From NCBI RefSeq assembly GCF_036321535.1, contig NC_087437.1, forward strand, positions 37,760,001 to 37,824,000: a DNA stretch of 64,000 nt, given 5' to 3'. The DNA comes from Camelus dromedarius. Its lineage: Eukaryota. The notes beneath the pieces are model-generated. The model searched no databases, was not told the DNA's origin, and saw nothing but the letters and a program-made list of their open reading frames with translations. Of the stretch, positions 1 through 13,660 are shown one piece after another (the first letter of the stretch is position 1; each line of letters starts with the position of its first letter). Both the position numbers and the translations under genes were made by a program.

Positions 1-2570
1 GCAGATTTCCTTTTTCCAAAGTAATAATATTCTATTATATATATAATGAATATAGATATGTAAATATATATATATATTCCATGACATATATTTAGACAGT
101 TAAGTTATTTCCATATCTTGGTTGTTGTAGATATGCTGCAGTGAATTTAGGAGTACAGGTATTTCTTCAAGAATCTAACTTCAATTCATTTGGATAAATA
201 CCTAGAGTGGGATTGCTAGATCATATGGTAGTTCTATTTTTAAGCAGAACTATTTATGTTTATACTTTGAAACCTCTATACTGCTTTCCATAGCAGCTGC
301 ACCAATTTACATTCCCACCAACAGTGCACAAGTATCCCCTTTTATCCACATCCTTGCCAACTCTTGTTATCATTTTTTTTTTTAATAATAGTCATCCTAA
401 AAGGTGTGAGGTGATATAACATTGTGGATTTGAATTACATTTCTCTGATGATTAATGATATTGAGAGTATTTCCATATACCTATTGACCATTTGTATGTC
501 TTTTTTTCTGACATGTCTATTCAAGTCCTTTCCCCATTTTTCAGTTGGTTATTTGGTTTTTTTCCTTGGGTTTTATGAGTTCTTTATATATTTTGAATAT
601 TAACTCATTATTAAATATATTTTAAAAATATTTTCTCCCATTCTATAGATCACCTTTTATTTTGTTAATAATTTCCTTTGCTGTGCTAAAGATTTTTTTA
701 GTTTGGAGTAATCCCACTTTATTTTTTGTTTTGTTACTGTGATTTGGTGTTATACCCCCCAAAATATTGCCAAGACCAATGTCAAGGTGCTTTTTCTCTG
801 TGTTTTCTTGTAAAAGTTTCACTGTTTCAGGTCTTACATAAAAATCTTTAACTCATTTGAGCTGATTTTTGTAAATGATAAAAAAAGTTTCCTATTTCAT
901 TCTTTTCCAGTTTTCTCAATACCATTTATTGAAGGAACTATACTGTCCCATTTTGTATTCATAGAGCCCTTGTGGCAGATCAGTTAGGTCTATGTATATA
1001 TATATTTTTTCTTTCTGATATCTCTGTTTTGTTTCAATTGTTTATATATTTACTTTAATGCCAGCATAATTGTTTGAATTATTATAGTTTTGTAATATAG
1101 TTTGAAGTCAGGGAACATGATACTTCCACCTTCGTTGTTCTTGCTCAAGATTGCTTTGATTGTTTGTATTCCTTTGTGGTTTCTTATGAGCTTTAGGATT
1201 GTTTTTTTCTATTTCTGCAAAAAAATGCCATTGGAATTTTGATAGAGATTGATCTGAATCTGTAGGTCACATTGGGTGGTATGGAAGTTGTAGCAATATT
1301 AATTCTTATGTCTTCTGTCATCAATCATATATAGTTTTCAATGTACAGATTTTACTTAGTTAAATTTATTCTTAAATATTTTACTTTGTGATGCTATTAT
1401 AAATTGGATTGTTTTCTTAATTTCTTTTTTGGACATTTGTTGTTAGTGTGTAGAAACATGACTGACTTCTGTATGTTGATTTTGTATCCTGCAATTTTAC
1501 TGAATTTGTTTATTCTGACAGTTTTTTTAGAGGAGTCTTTAAGAGTTTTCTGTATATAAAATCATGTCATCTTCAAAGAGACAGTTTTACATCTTCGTTT
1601 CTGATTTGGATGCCTTCTATTTTCTTTTAAATTGTCTAACTTACCTGGCTAGAACTTCTAATACTATGCCAAATAGGAGTGGCAGAAGTGGGCATTCCTG
1701 TCTTGCTCATGATCTTAGCGAAAAAGTTTTCTGTTTTTCCCTGTTAAATATGATATTAGCTGTGGGTTTGCCAAATATGGCCTATATGATGTTGAGTTAC
1801 ATTCTTTCTATACTGAATTTCTCTAGAGTTTTTATTAAGGAAAAAATATTAAATTTTTCAAATGCTTTTTTCTACGTCTCTTGAGATGATCATGATTTTT
1901 ATCTTTCATTCTGTTAATGTGATGTATCACATTCATTGATGTGCAAATGATGAACCATCCTTGCATCTCAGGGATAAATCCCACCTAATCAAAGTATATG
2001 ATTCTTTTAACGTGCTGTTAAATTCAGTTTGCTAGTATTTTGTTGATTTTTTCATCTATATTTATCAGGTTTATTGGCATGCAATTTTCTCCTTTTGTAG
2101 TGTCCTTTTCTGACTTTGGTATCAGGATAATGCTAGTCTCATGAAGTGAGTTTGGGAATGTTCCCTGGAAGTCCGCTTCCATTTTTTCCTGCTCCTGGCG
2201 TCCCCAAAAGATTGAGCCATTTTGATTCACTCCGTGTACTGTGTGGGCTAAGACAGTATTGAGCCTCCTGGGCAGTGCCTTACAAGGCTGAGGAAGCCAG
2301 GAACTCACTTAGTTTCCCCGTGGGAGCAGTCACTAGCTTAGGGGGTCTCCCTTGGCACTGAGTTGTGCCACCCTGGGCAGGAGTGGCACAAAAAAAGTAA
2401 AATTGTTCTTCTTACCTTCTTTCTGCATCTATTCTTGGATATTTTGCTCTCAACTGAGCTTCTGGACTCCCAGAAATTTATTTTTATTCGTGGGTAGTTG
2501 TTCAAACTGGTGTTTTTGTGGGTGTTTTGAGGTCTGGAACTGCCTATTCCACTATCTTGCTGACGTCACC
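1..2570 (-). mobile_element. Old LINE-1 (L1MA/L1M3-like): 3' ORF2 portion (1-~2185) joined directly to a 5'UTR remnant (~2190-2570); runs off window start
   Basis: Antisense L1 ORF2 motifs (acattcccacaacagtgcacaag, tttgtatcctgcaattttactgaatttg). Minus ORF 2024-2308 gives [35 protein letters not shown], an L1 ORF2 RT-proximal segment. Ends in L1M 5'-end-like cactatcttgctgacgtcacc. Confidence 0.9.
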
Positions 2571-4734
2571 TAAAACTTCCGATGCCTTTCATATTTTATT
2601 AATAATTATTTACTTATAGTTTATTAATAATTTTTTAAAGTATTTAAACTGTAATATATACCCTGTTATTTTGGAATTACATTTCCACATAATTTTAATT
2701 TGTTTTCTTAACCAATTTTCAAGCTGCTTGAGGACAGGATTATTGTTTATTATTCCTCACAAACCCAAATAAACCTCAAATGGTGCTATGCCTAATTAAA
2801 TCTTCAAAATGTGTTAATCTGATTTGCTTTGTAAACACTACAGTAAATGTAGGTAGAATTAAAAAATATATAAGCACAAGAATTGAAATTATGTTTTCTT
2901 TATAGATAATGAAGTCACAGCTTTTAAGTACTTTTTATTTAGCTGAGCTATCAAAAATGTCTAATAATGAATAAATATGCATTTCATTAAAGAGGGAATA
3001 AGTGGAAAGAGTGAAAAGGTAGAAATTATGCAGTGGTGAAATGCATTTGAAAATGTTGATAAACAGAAGTGTTTCTTTTTATCTCTTTATACCTCCATGT
3101 ACAGAAAAAATCTCCTTTTGATCAGAGCAGCTAATTCTCAAGTGAGCTATGCCTTCATACTAAGTGTGACCAGCTTTTGGTTATACTTCATTTTCTTTTC
3201 ATCAACCTGATGTAATAATTCAGACCTTTTCTTTTTAGTCTCAGTTTTAAAACTGTTTTCCTCTGCTCCCATACTTTTCACTGCCACTATGTTAGGTCAT
3301 TGTTGGAAAGAAGGATCACCACTGAGCTTATCTAATCTAAAGCAGAGTTAGACTGTAAATGAGTTGGCTGCCATTTGTAAGTACTTCCTGGTTCCAGAAA
3401 TCCAGTCTTCACTGATAAATCCCCACTGCTATGGCTGTACAGTCTGTCGTCACCTATAGTATGCAAAGCCAGAATGCGGTCACATATTTTTACAAAATGG
3501 GCACTGCTGACAACCCAACTCACTAGTTATTTCCTAGTGAAAACATACTAGTGTATATGTGTATATACTGCTGGGGGCGGCCCTGCCTGGGCCAGGCCAT
3601 ATCAGTCTGCTCACAGCGAGCCCCCGTGGTCATTCTCGTGTCAGTGATTGCCCCATCTCTCCTCCCCCCACCCCAATGATCCCACAACCATTCATTTTTT
3701 GTTTTTTTAAATATAATTTTGTAAATGTTACATAAAAATTATATATATATGTATCTCCATAGTATACATTATGTGTATATATCCATATATGTGTATATAT
3801 ATATGCTAGATATGTATCTAGTAATTAATTTATCACTTAATACTTATGATCTTTTTTTCTTATAACACAATCTTCACTTTCCCCAAGAGCTATCCTAATT
3901 TAGGCAGATATTTAAATAGAATCACTTCATTATTTTTGTTTTTCAGTTGTCTTGGGAACAATGTAATAACACTAGTAAGATATTTTCTTCCAGACATGAA
4001 AAAAAATATTTTGAAGATATTTAAGCTGTTTAAAGATCAAATTTGGAGGATAATATAAACTGACTCATTGATTATGGATTGTATATCAGTGTACTAGGTG
4101 ATAGATACATAGATAAATAAAAGCTGGTGAATGATTATTTTGAATCTGCTGGGGTTTTATTTAATTGTTTTAACTGCTGAAACAGATTTTCACATTGGAA
4201 TTTATCAAATATTATATGTATTGCAACAGTAGCAGCATTTTAAAAGAAGCCCCTAAATTCCCGAAGGCAATGAAGTGTCTATTCTAATAGATCTCTTAAT
4301 GTAAAGTTTTGCTTAATGCATGACCTGGATGACTTTGCTGAATTTCCTTGCCTGGATCAGTACTAATGATATTTCAGTTCTGCTCTCAGAAAATGAAGTG
4401 TTATGCCATAACATAATATTTATAATATATCAGAAATTAAATGGTAATTCTTTATAGAAAATAATAAGGGTGCAGAAAACGTAATAGTTGTACTTCTGAA
4501 TGATGTGACCAGAGTTTTTGCCCTCACAGAGTTACCTCCTTTGATTGAGAACATGATTTCAATATCTGGTTTTGGTTTGATCCAGTAGCTTTGTTCTTTG
4601 GTTTCCTCAGAACTATGATCTGTAAATTCTCAAAGGGTATTGAAGGTTCCTGAATATTTACACTTCTCAAGATACAAGGCAATTAAAAAACGTGTAATTT
4701 ATAAATTTAAAATGTTTAAATATATCTATGTCCC

Positions 4735-5775
4735 AGAATTTGGTCCTAGGTCATCCTTTCCTTCCTATCAACTTTTCCCCATTAGGTGATCTATCCATTC
4801 CCCTAATTTCTAATATCACCTATAGTGAATACTCTCCAGCCTTTATCTGTCTTCTTAGGGTCAAATTATATATACAAGGTATATTTGATCTCACCACCTA
4901 GGCCTCAAAACATAATTATTCTCTCATCTTCCTACTGTCCTTCCATGTTCCTCCCCCAGTCTTACTCATATTAATAAATAACATCACATCCACTCTGCTG
5001 ATTAAGCTAACCTGTGAGTTATCATTAATTGTCTTTCTCTCATCTCTCATGCCTTGCACACCAGGAAATCTTGCTTTTTTCTAAAATACATTTTGTTTGC
5101 CTTGCTACTAGCCTAGTCCAAAAAATCTTTTGCTTATCTGGGCTAATGCAATAGTCTATTTAATGGTTTGTCTGTTTCTACTTTTGCTCCCTAATTAGCC
5201 ATTCTCCACACAACAGCCAGTGTGATCTTTCAAAATTCATGGCATCTTTCTGCTCAAAACCCTCCAATGGCTTCTTATTGCACTTAGAATAAAATTTAAG
5301 CTTCATGCAAGTCTCTTCATGATGTAGTTACTTTGTCCCTATTCAGTCTTATTGCTTCTCTCTCTCCTCTCCTCACTGACTTTGCTCTAACCCTACTATC
5401 ATGCTTTAAGTTTCGGGAAAATGGCAAACTTATTTCCACCCTTGAAGCTTGTATCTGCTTTTCTTTCTGCTTGGAACTCTCTGCCCTCTGATCTTCATAT
5501 GTTTAGCTTCTTCTTTTCATTCAATTCTCAGTCCAGTGTTGTCTTTTCAGAGAAACCCTCCCTGAAAATCAATCTAAAGAATTACCTGAGTTCTGTTTTA
5601 TCCACTGTTTTATTTTATGCATATCACTCATCATTACCTGAACTTATCTTACTTGTATATTATTTTTCTCTCTTCTAAAATACAAATTCTATTTTGAACA
5701 GTGACTTTTTTTTCCCTGCTTTTTCATCACTCTGTCTTCAACCTCTGGAAGAATAATTGGAACATACTAGATATT
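4735..5775 (+). mobile_element. LINE-2 (L2) 3' fragment
   Basis: L2 hallmark ccattctccacacaacagccagtgtgatctttcaaaa...aaaaccctccaatggcttcttattgcacttagaataaaat at 5199-5295; boundaries approximate. Confidence 0.8.
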
Positions 5776-7949
5776 TACCCTGGGAGGGTGGGGGCACATT
5801 AAGAGAGGGACAGAGAGACAGACAGAAATCATTTGTGCACAGTATGATACACGTGATTGACATATGATCCACATTCCCTCTAACTGGTTTGGGTAAATAC
5901 TATTCTATGTGAGTCCTGGATACAAAAAGATTTTGGAGGGCAAGAGAGTTTGGAAGATTCTTTTAGAGATTTAGAAAGCTTTTTTAGTCTATTCTGTAAA
6001 GTTTTGCAGTAAAGAATCTTGATTATCATATTTATTCAAATGAATCCTGAAGTTAGTTGGCCCTGGAAAGTTTTCCTCCTCTTTAAACGTATTAACCTTT
6101 GGAAATGCTAGTCTAAATCAACACAGTGTCCCACTTGGAAAAGAATTAAGTTAACAAGGATAACTTTTTGTTTTTGAAGTTATTTAAAATAAAGCCTCAA
6201 TGAATAAAAAAGATATATATATATACACACACACATATATATATATATTTGTGAAAATTTTGTAGCAAATTAGAAATAAACAGACTGAGAAAAGAGACAA
6301 ACCTATACTAAAAAGAAAATCTGGTACATAGCAAGTAAATAACCAAGAGTAGAAATCTACAAAACAATGAAAATAGCAAAAATAAAAAAAAGGAAAAATG
6401 GATACTTTCAAATAGTGCCAGATTTAGAAGAATAATCCTGGGAAATTGTGAACAGAAAATAATATAGTTAGGTAAAAAAGTGTAATTATCAAACTTGTTT
6501 TTAGAAAGTCTATAAAAAATGAGACAACATAAACATGAATATCCTGGGTATAGTTAGGGAAAGTGAGGTAAAACCAGAACTTCAAAGTTAAATCAAGGGA
6601 TATATTAGGGAGATTAAATTGAGAGTAATAAATTCATGAAATTTATATTTGACTACAATGTAGAGAGATAGTTTTTAAAAGCTGCTCTTTAAAAAAAACT
6701 GATATTCAACTACATAAAATTTTAATCAACGTGGCTATAGTGCTTTGAACTGTCATCATATATTTATACTTTGCTCTAAAGCTTAGATGAAGAGTAGATA
6801 CGTATTTTAAAGAAAAGCTTGTTATAGAGAGGGAATGTATTGTAACACGCAGTGAAAAAAAATTGTATATAGAATCCCCGGGTCTCCATTTTCCTATCCA
6901 CAGAATCACTGTTATATTTTTAAACCTTATTCCTGGAAGCACTGCAGATGTCAGATCAATTTAGAAAACCAAAGAGTACCTCTGGGAATGATATGGCAGC
7001 AAGTGAAATAGTATTTGGCCAAATTAAAAGTGTATGCCAAGGATGCCAAAAATCACAGTAACCTGGCAGGTATGTAGCTATCATTTAACTGTATGATCAT
7101 TACCGGTCTCTCCACCAAAAAACTACTGACTGGCTGTTTATGCAGTGAAACGGAGCCCATGATTTAGGCAGTGTCTCGCTTTCGATGTCAGTAGAGCTAG
7201 TTGGGTGCTGTACCCAGTCACAAAATAGCGTTTCTCAAGCAAACTATTTGGGAAAAAGATTTTAACAAATTACATCTTAACTCACTTAGAAATGGGAGAA
7301 TATCAATTTAGGGATTATTTTTAGCTATAGCTCTTAATAATTAGAATGATGTTCATATTCTCAACTATTTTTTGTATACTTCATTTTTTCTGTACAGACA
7401 GATTAGCCTGATCTTAGTGTTTACTGAAGAATTTTTCAATTTTAAATATTTATTCTGTAAGACAACTAATAAGATAAATATTGTTTTAAATAATTTTTTT
7501 ATATGTTCATGGCTCTTGGACCTCTGCTCTCTTGTCTTTATGCTGATTTTGTAGTTAATGTTTCTATTTGGAAAGAATTTGTTCATAGTTCTTAAAATTC
7601 CAAATTGGCTTAAATTGCCCAAGTGCCTGGAAATGCAGTATGTGTTCTTAACTTTAGGAGAATTGGTAATATTTATAATTAGTCTTCTCTGGATCTATAT
7701 TATTGTCCTCTTAATGGATAATGCTCAGTGGACTGCATTATATTTTAAAGTGGGAAAATCTGCTATTTTTTAAAGGGGTGTAATTTTTCTATTTCATAAT
7801 TCAAGGAAGAATTTTATACTAAAGACATTAATTCGACATTATAAATGTATTATACAATACATTATAAGCGTATTGTATCAGGGTATTTCCATATTTGTAA
7901 GGTTCAGATGTAATCAAATAGTCTCATTAATCATATATATAGCAGAAAG

Positions 7950-8090
7950 AATATTAGATTTGGTCTGAGTTTATGTCCTGCCTCCTCTAGGGATAGTGTC
8001 CTTAGTCAAGTCATTTCTCTTCAATTTAGTTCTTTAATTAATAATGTGAGTCTAACACCTAAATATGAAATCATGATATTTTGTAAAGAA
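7950..8090 (+). mobile_element. MIR SINE fragment
   Basis: ctgagtttatgtcctgcctcc...gtgtccttagtcaagtcatttctct resembles the MIR core. Confidence 0.5.
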
Positions 8091-8989
8091 ATTCAAAAAA
8101 TTATTATGTCGTCATTATGGTCATCTTTATCATCACCAATTTACATCGTGATTATCATCAAATTTAATGGAGTCCGTAGAAGATTCCAGAACTCCCACAC
8201 TCACAAACATACATACAAATCTGAATCCACGGTTTATGGGATTAGAAGGCAGAATTCAGAATTAATATACCATCAAGTAGCAAATATAATTTTGACTATT
8301 TTCTATCTATTCTATACTTATATACCTACCAAAATTTCTAAATAGCTAACTTGGAGAAATAAAAGAAGAAGATACAGAAAGTATAGATTTGGAAGATGCA
8401 AGTGAAATAAATTATTGGATGCTTCTAGGCTGTTTCTTGACCAAGTTGAAATCACAGATAGGACTTTGGGCAATCACAAATAAATAGATTCTCTATGCTG
8501 AATTTTAACACCCAACTTATGTTTTAAGTAATGCATTTATATCAGTTATACAACCTGACAAAAGAAATTATATTTGTTAGAGTTACTGTAATAAGAGAAT
8601 CCTGATACAAAATAAATTATGATATCAAAATTAGTTTTGATATGCAGTACATTTTATGCCATTTGTACTGGACAATGATAATGTAAGGTAAAATTAGATT
8701 ATTAAATAATTTAGAAATTATTTGATTAAATACACAAATGCAAGTGTTTTTGACAGATTCAGTGATCAACATTGTTGAGGGCAAAATTCCAAATCTAGGA
8801 ATCAAAACAAATGAAAAAAGTACACACATCTGGCAAATAAAACTGTGTGAATCCTTTATTATTCTTTATCGGTTTAGTTTTTGCATAGTATATTTTCTGA
8901 GTTTCACATTGATTTTGTGTGTTCATGTGTAGCCATAAGAAACACATAACATGCTAAAGTATAAATAACTAAGCTTAAATAGTGTGATC

Positions 8990-9780
8990 GTTCATTCATC
9001 CATTCATCTACTGAGGAAACAAGGGCACTGAGTATCTTTTTTCACTCGGCATTGTAAATACAAAGCTAAATATCACATTTTGGTATTCAGCCAGTGAGGA
9101 GGACTTAAAAATGATGATTAAAATCTACTATGAAAAGTGTTGCTGCACACACAAACCCCCATGCACAAATCATATATAGTGTTGGACAAAGAAAAGTGTA
9201 ATTTTAACTTTTCACATAGGCAAGGAAGGCTTTAGGAAAAAAAAATCACTTGGTCTAGGTTTCTGAAGCCCAACAAGATTTCCAAGCACTTAGGACAGAG
9301 TTGCTTATTGTAGAAGAGAGAAAAAAATCATTTGCAAAGGCAAAGAGGAGGGGTATATAGCCTGAGATGAGTGAGGTGGGATAAGATATATGATGAAGAA
9401 AAAGGCATAAACTAAGTCATGGAACACTTTGTAATTTCACTTAAGGAGTTTGGAGTTTAGACTATGGTTAAAATAACAGCCCTGATGCTAATATAGCACT
9501 TGAATAATAAAATCTGATTTTCAGTTTTGAAAATTCATATGAGAGCAATAGATCTAATGCATTGAGGGTGTGTAAAGTAGAGGCAGAGACATGAAGTAGG
9601 AGGTTATCACATAGTTTTACAAGACATAGTGAAGACCTAATTTAAGCCAGTGAAGATAAATGGGAAAATGTGGTGAAAAAAATGCTGGAATGCAGTAATC
9701 TATTGCATGTGGGGTCAAAACAGTGAGAGAGAAGGAAGCCTTCCAGATGGCTTCATGATTTCAGGTTTGGACAGGAAGAC
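8990..9780 (-). mobile_element. LINE-2 fragment, antisense
   Basis: (cattc)n-type L2 tail at 8992-9010; taaggagtttggagtttagactatgg and gaggcagagac...aggaggttat are antisense L2 motifs. Confidence 0.7.
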
Positions 9781-10069
9781 TATAATTTTTTAATCCAAAT
9801 CAGAACACTTCTGAAAGTGGAAAGGGATTCTAAAATAATCAAACTTCTGTAATGTTGCTATTTTTTCTTGATGAATTTGTTGATTTTTATACTTGTGGGT
9901 TGATAAAATACTTTTACTCAAAAGCTATTAAAATTATTTATGCAAGTAAAACTGTAGCAATATATATCAAAGCAAAGCAACACATTATATAAGTAATGTA
10001 TATAAGTAGAAAATTATATAAGTAGAATTATTATCTTTGTTTCACATTCATGTATTTTAACCAGTTTCT

Positions 10070-11605
10070 AAAATACCTAGGAATACATCTAAATGAAGAA
10101 GTAAAAGATTTGTATTCTAAAATTTCTAAGACACTGATAAAAGAAATTGAAGATGACACAAACAGATGGAAAGCTATACCATGCACATGGATTGGAAGAA
10201 TTGATATTGCTAAAGTGACCATCCTACCCAAGGCAATCTACAGATTCAGTGCAAAACATCAAAGGCATTTTTCATAGAACTAGAACAAATCTAAAATTTG
10301 TTTGGAAACAAGGAAGACCCCAAATAGCCCAAGTAATTTTGAGAAAGAAGAACAAAGCTGGAAGTATCATGTTCCCTGGTTTCAAACTATACTACAAAGC
10401 TATAGTAATTGAAGCAGTGTGATACTGGTACAAAGATACACAGATCATACATCAGAATGGAGAGCCCAGAAATAAACCCATGCTTATATGAGCAATAGTG
10501 ACAAATGACAAGAATATACAATGGAGGAAAAGACAGCCTCTTAAATAAATGTTGTTGTGAAAACTAGACAGCTACATGCAGAAGAGTGAAACTGGATTAC
10601 TTTCTCACACTATATGCAAAAATAAACTCATGATAGATTAAAAACATAAATGTTAGACCTGAAACCATAAAACTCCTGGAAGAAAACAGGCAGGCAGTAC
10701 ACCCTTTGGCAGTGGTTTTAACAATATTTTTTTGGATCTAACTTCTCAGGCAAGGGCAAGAAAACCAAAAATAAACAGATAAGACTACATCAAACAAAAA
10801 AGCTTTTGCACAGCAAAGGAAATTATCAATGTAACAAAAGCAGCCAACTGAATTGGAGAAATATTTGCAGATGATATATTTAATAAGGAGTAAATATGCA
10901 AAATATACAAAGAACTCTTACAACTCAACATCAGAATACAAATAATCTAATTTAAAAGTGGGCAAAGGATCTGAATAGACATTTTTCCAAAGAAGATATA
11001 CCAATGGCCAACAGTTACATGGAACGATGGCATCACTAATCATCAGGGAAATGAGATCAAAACCATAGTGAGATACCACCTTATTACACCTGTCAGAATG
11101 GTAGTTATACAAAGACAACAAATAACAAGTTTTAGTGAGGATGAAGAGAAAAGAGAATCCTCATGCACAGGTGGGAATGTAAATTGGTGTAATCACTATG
11201 GAAAACAGTATAGAGTTTCCTCAAAAAATTAAAAATAGAACTACTTTATGATCCAGCAATTTCACTTCTGGGTATTTCCATGAAGAATATTATGGAATAT
11301 CATTCAACCACAAAAAAGAATGAAATCTTGCCATTTGTGACAACATATGCTGATTGAAATAAGTTGGACAGAGAAAGACAATTACTGTATGATCTCACTT
11401 ATATATGGAATTTAAAAAACAAAACAAACCAAGCAAAATGATAACAGACACATAGATACAGAAAACAAACAGGTGGATGCTAGAAGTGAGGAAGATAGGG
11501 GTGCAATAGGTCGAGGGGATTAAGAGGTACAAATCTGCTGGTATAAAATAAATAAGCCAGGAAAGCATAATATTACAGCATAAGGAATAAAACAAATAGA
11601 AAACA
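10070..11605 (+). mobile_element. 5'-truncated LINE-1 (ORF2 C-terminus plus 3'UTR), degenerate
   Basis: ORF 10050-10277 reads KYLGIHLNEEVKDLY...[24 protein letters not shown] (L1 ORF2). Candidate TSD aaccagtttct (10059-10069) / agtcagtttct (11606-11616). Confidence 0.93.
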
Positions 11606-12041
11606 AGTCAGTTTCTTAGCTATGCATTTTTAATATGTTCAGATAAATTCAAACCATTTTTTAGTGTGTTGAGATAAATTTTTTAAAAATTAAATTGCTT
11701 GCAGTCTTTTTCAGTGTTGCATATTATTGATAATAGAATTGAAGTAGTTGATTGCTTTTATTGTTAAAGTTCTGTAGGCCAGGAATATTTTTAGTGAAGA
11801 ATTTTTCTGTATTTTCCCTAAGGTACATGTAATTCTGCTAAACAAATGATAGTCTTCATTCCACCTTTTTTTATTGAAACATACAAAAATTTTAGCCCAG
11901 GTGTTTTTTATCAGCATTGCTATTTTACCTTTCTTCATAGTAACTTTCTATAATAAATACTTTTAGATAACAAAACTCATCAAATAATATGCTGTATGAT
12001 TTTTTCAGTGTCTTGTCAGACTTAGATGATGGAGAAAATAT

Positions 12042-12476
12042 TGCAGCAACATTGATGTCCCTAGAGAATGTCATTCTAAATGAAGCAAGCTAGAAAGAGA
12101 AAGAAAAATACCATATGAGATTGCTCATATACAGAATCTAAAAAAAAATAGAAAGAAAGAAAGAAAAAGACAAACGAACATAAATACAAAACAGAAACAG
12201 ACTTATAGATGTAGAATACAAACTTGTGGTTGCCAAGGGGGAGGAAGGTGGGAAGGAACAGACCAGGAGTTCAAAATTTGTAGATACTGACAGGTATATA
12301 TAGAATAGATAAACAAGATTATACTGTGTAGCACAGGGAAATATGTACAAGATCTTGTGGTAGCTCATGGTGAAAAAGAATGTGACAATGAATATATGTT
12401 TGTTCATGTATAACTGAAAAATTGTGCTCTATGCTGGAAATTGACACAACATTGTAAACTGACTATAAAAAAAAGT
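12042..12476 (+). mobile_element. Relatively young, heavily 5'-truncated L1 3'UTR, camelid-like
   Basis: tgcagcaac...aaataccatatgagattgctcatat...tagcacagggaaatatgtacaagatcttgtggtagctc...gacacaacattgtaaactgactat plus A-tail; lineage assignment from memory. Confidence 0.85.
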
Positions 12477-13574
12477 CAGTTTTCTCAATTTTAAATAAAA
12501 AAAAGGCTTTCTCAATTTTATTCTGTTCTACAGACTGTTAATATATTCAATTTAAAAAGGAGACTTTAAGAGTTATTGTCAGAGTGCAAGTTATTCTGTA
12601 GCTTAATTATAGATTTTCAAAAATAAATTATGTACCCTGTTTGAGCTCTCATCTGATTTTCCAAGTCCTTTTATTTTGATTTGTTTCTGTATGAAAAAAG
12701 TTTTATTCTTTACATTTCCAAGTTTTTGTTTCAAAAGTTTCAATTATCTGAAAATGTCAAAGTTGACCTATTTTTTTTTTTACAATTTAAAAAGATTTCT
12801 AACAAAAGAAGTTTGAAAAAATTAATCAAAATTTAGAAAACCGTTTTACAACATAGTTCAGTATCATTGTAAGACAATTAGATTGGTTTACAAGATTGCT
12901 TTTTAAAGGCTTAAACATTTCCATACATTCAATGAGGGTGAGCAACAGAGAAAGTGTGAAAACCTTTTAATGTGTAAAATGTGTTTGTGTGTGTACAGAA
13001 GTGATAATATACTGCTTGGTATATTAGATTGGTAAAATATTGTATATTATTTAGATATAGTTATTAATTTTGCATATATATAAAACCAACTCCAAAGATT
13101 ATTATCTTAACTATGACTTTGTAATTTAAAACATTTATATTTTTATCTCCCTAAAACCCTGTAATTTTAATCTTCAAGTTTAAAATTTTAATTATGTTAG
13201 AATCGTCATCACAGTAATCTTGGATGTTTCACCATAGAATAATTAAGTTCCAAAAGCTTTACTTAGAGCCCATGAATTAGATAAGAATATTATTATTGGG
13301 ATTAGTCTAATTTACTATGTGACGCAACTATTGAGATTAAATTAAACCTCATGTCCCTAACCATTTGCAAAGTGCTTCTTTGGGAGCTAGAGCCAACTCA
13401 TCAGCAGTTGTTGCTATACTTTTTGTATATACACAGAAAAACTTGAGATTAAAAAAGGGTGAAATTAATTTAGAATAGTCATTTAATCTAAACGAAAAGT
13501 CACGTTCCAAAGAGAGATCAGTTCACTTTAACTATTTTAATTAAATCAAGACCTATTGCCATCTGGATCTTTGC

Positions 13575-13660
13575 TTTTTATTTTTATTGAAATATACTTG
13601 AGTTACAATATTATGATAGTATATAGCATAGTGATTCAAATTTAATTTTTTTTAATTTTC
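13575..13660 (-). mobile_element. Very short L1 3'-end fragment
   Basis: tttttattgaaatatacttgagttacaatattatg...catagtgattca matches the antisense L1 3' terminus. Confidence 0.6.

Noticed and set aside
1564..1884. 106-aa ORF and similar hydrophobic ORFs in the track (e.g. 20296-20673, 42610-42987, 57580-57930)
   Set aside because: Antisense or off-frame readings of L1/LTR sequence and AT-rich chance frames; no recognisable host protein
7165..7187. taggcagtgt, a miR-34/449-like 5' end
   Set aside because: Similarity stops after ~11 nt and there is no complementary star arm
12481..12520. Short direct repeat ttctcaatttta x2 after an L1 tail; other micro-duplications near 32450, 47477 and 51640
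   Set aside because: Ordinary slippage-scale duplications; no array or spacer structure
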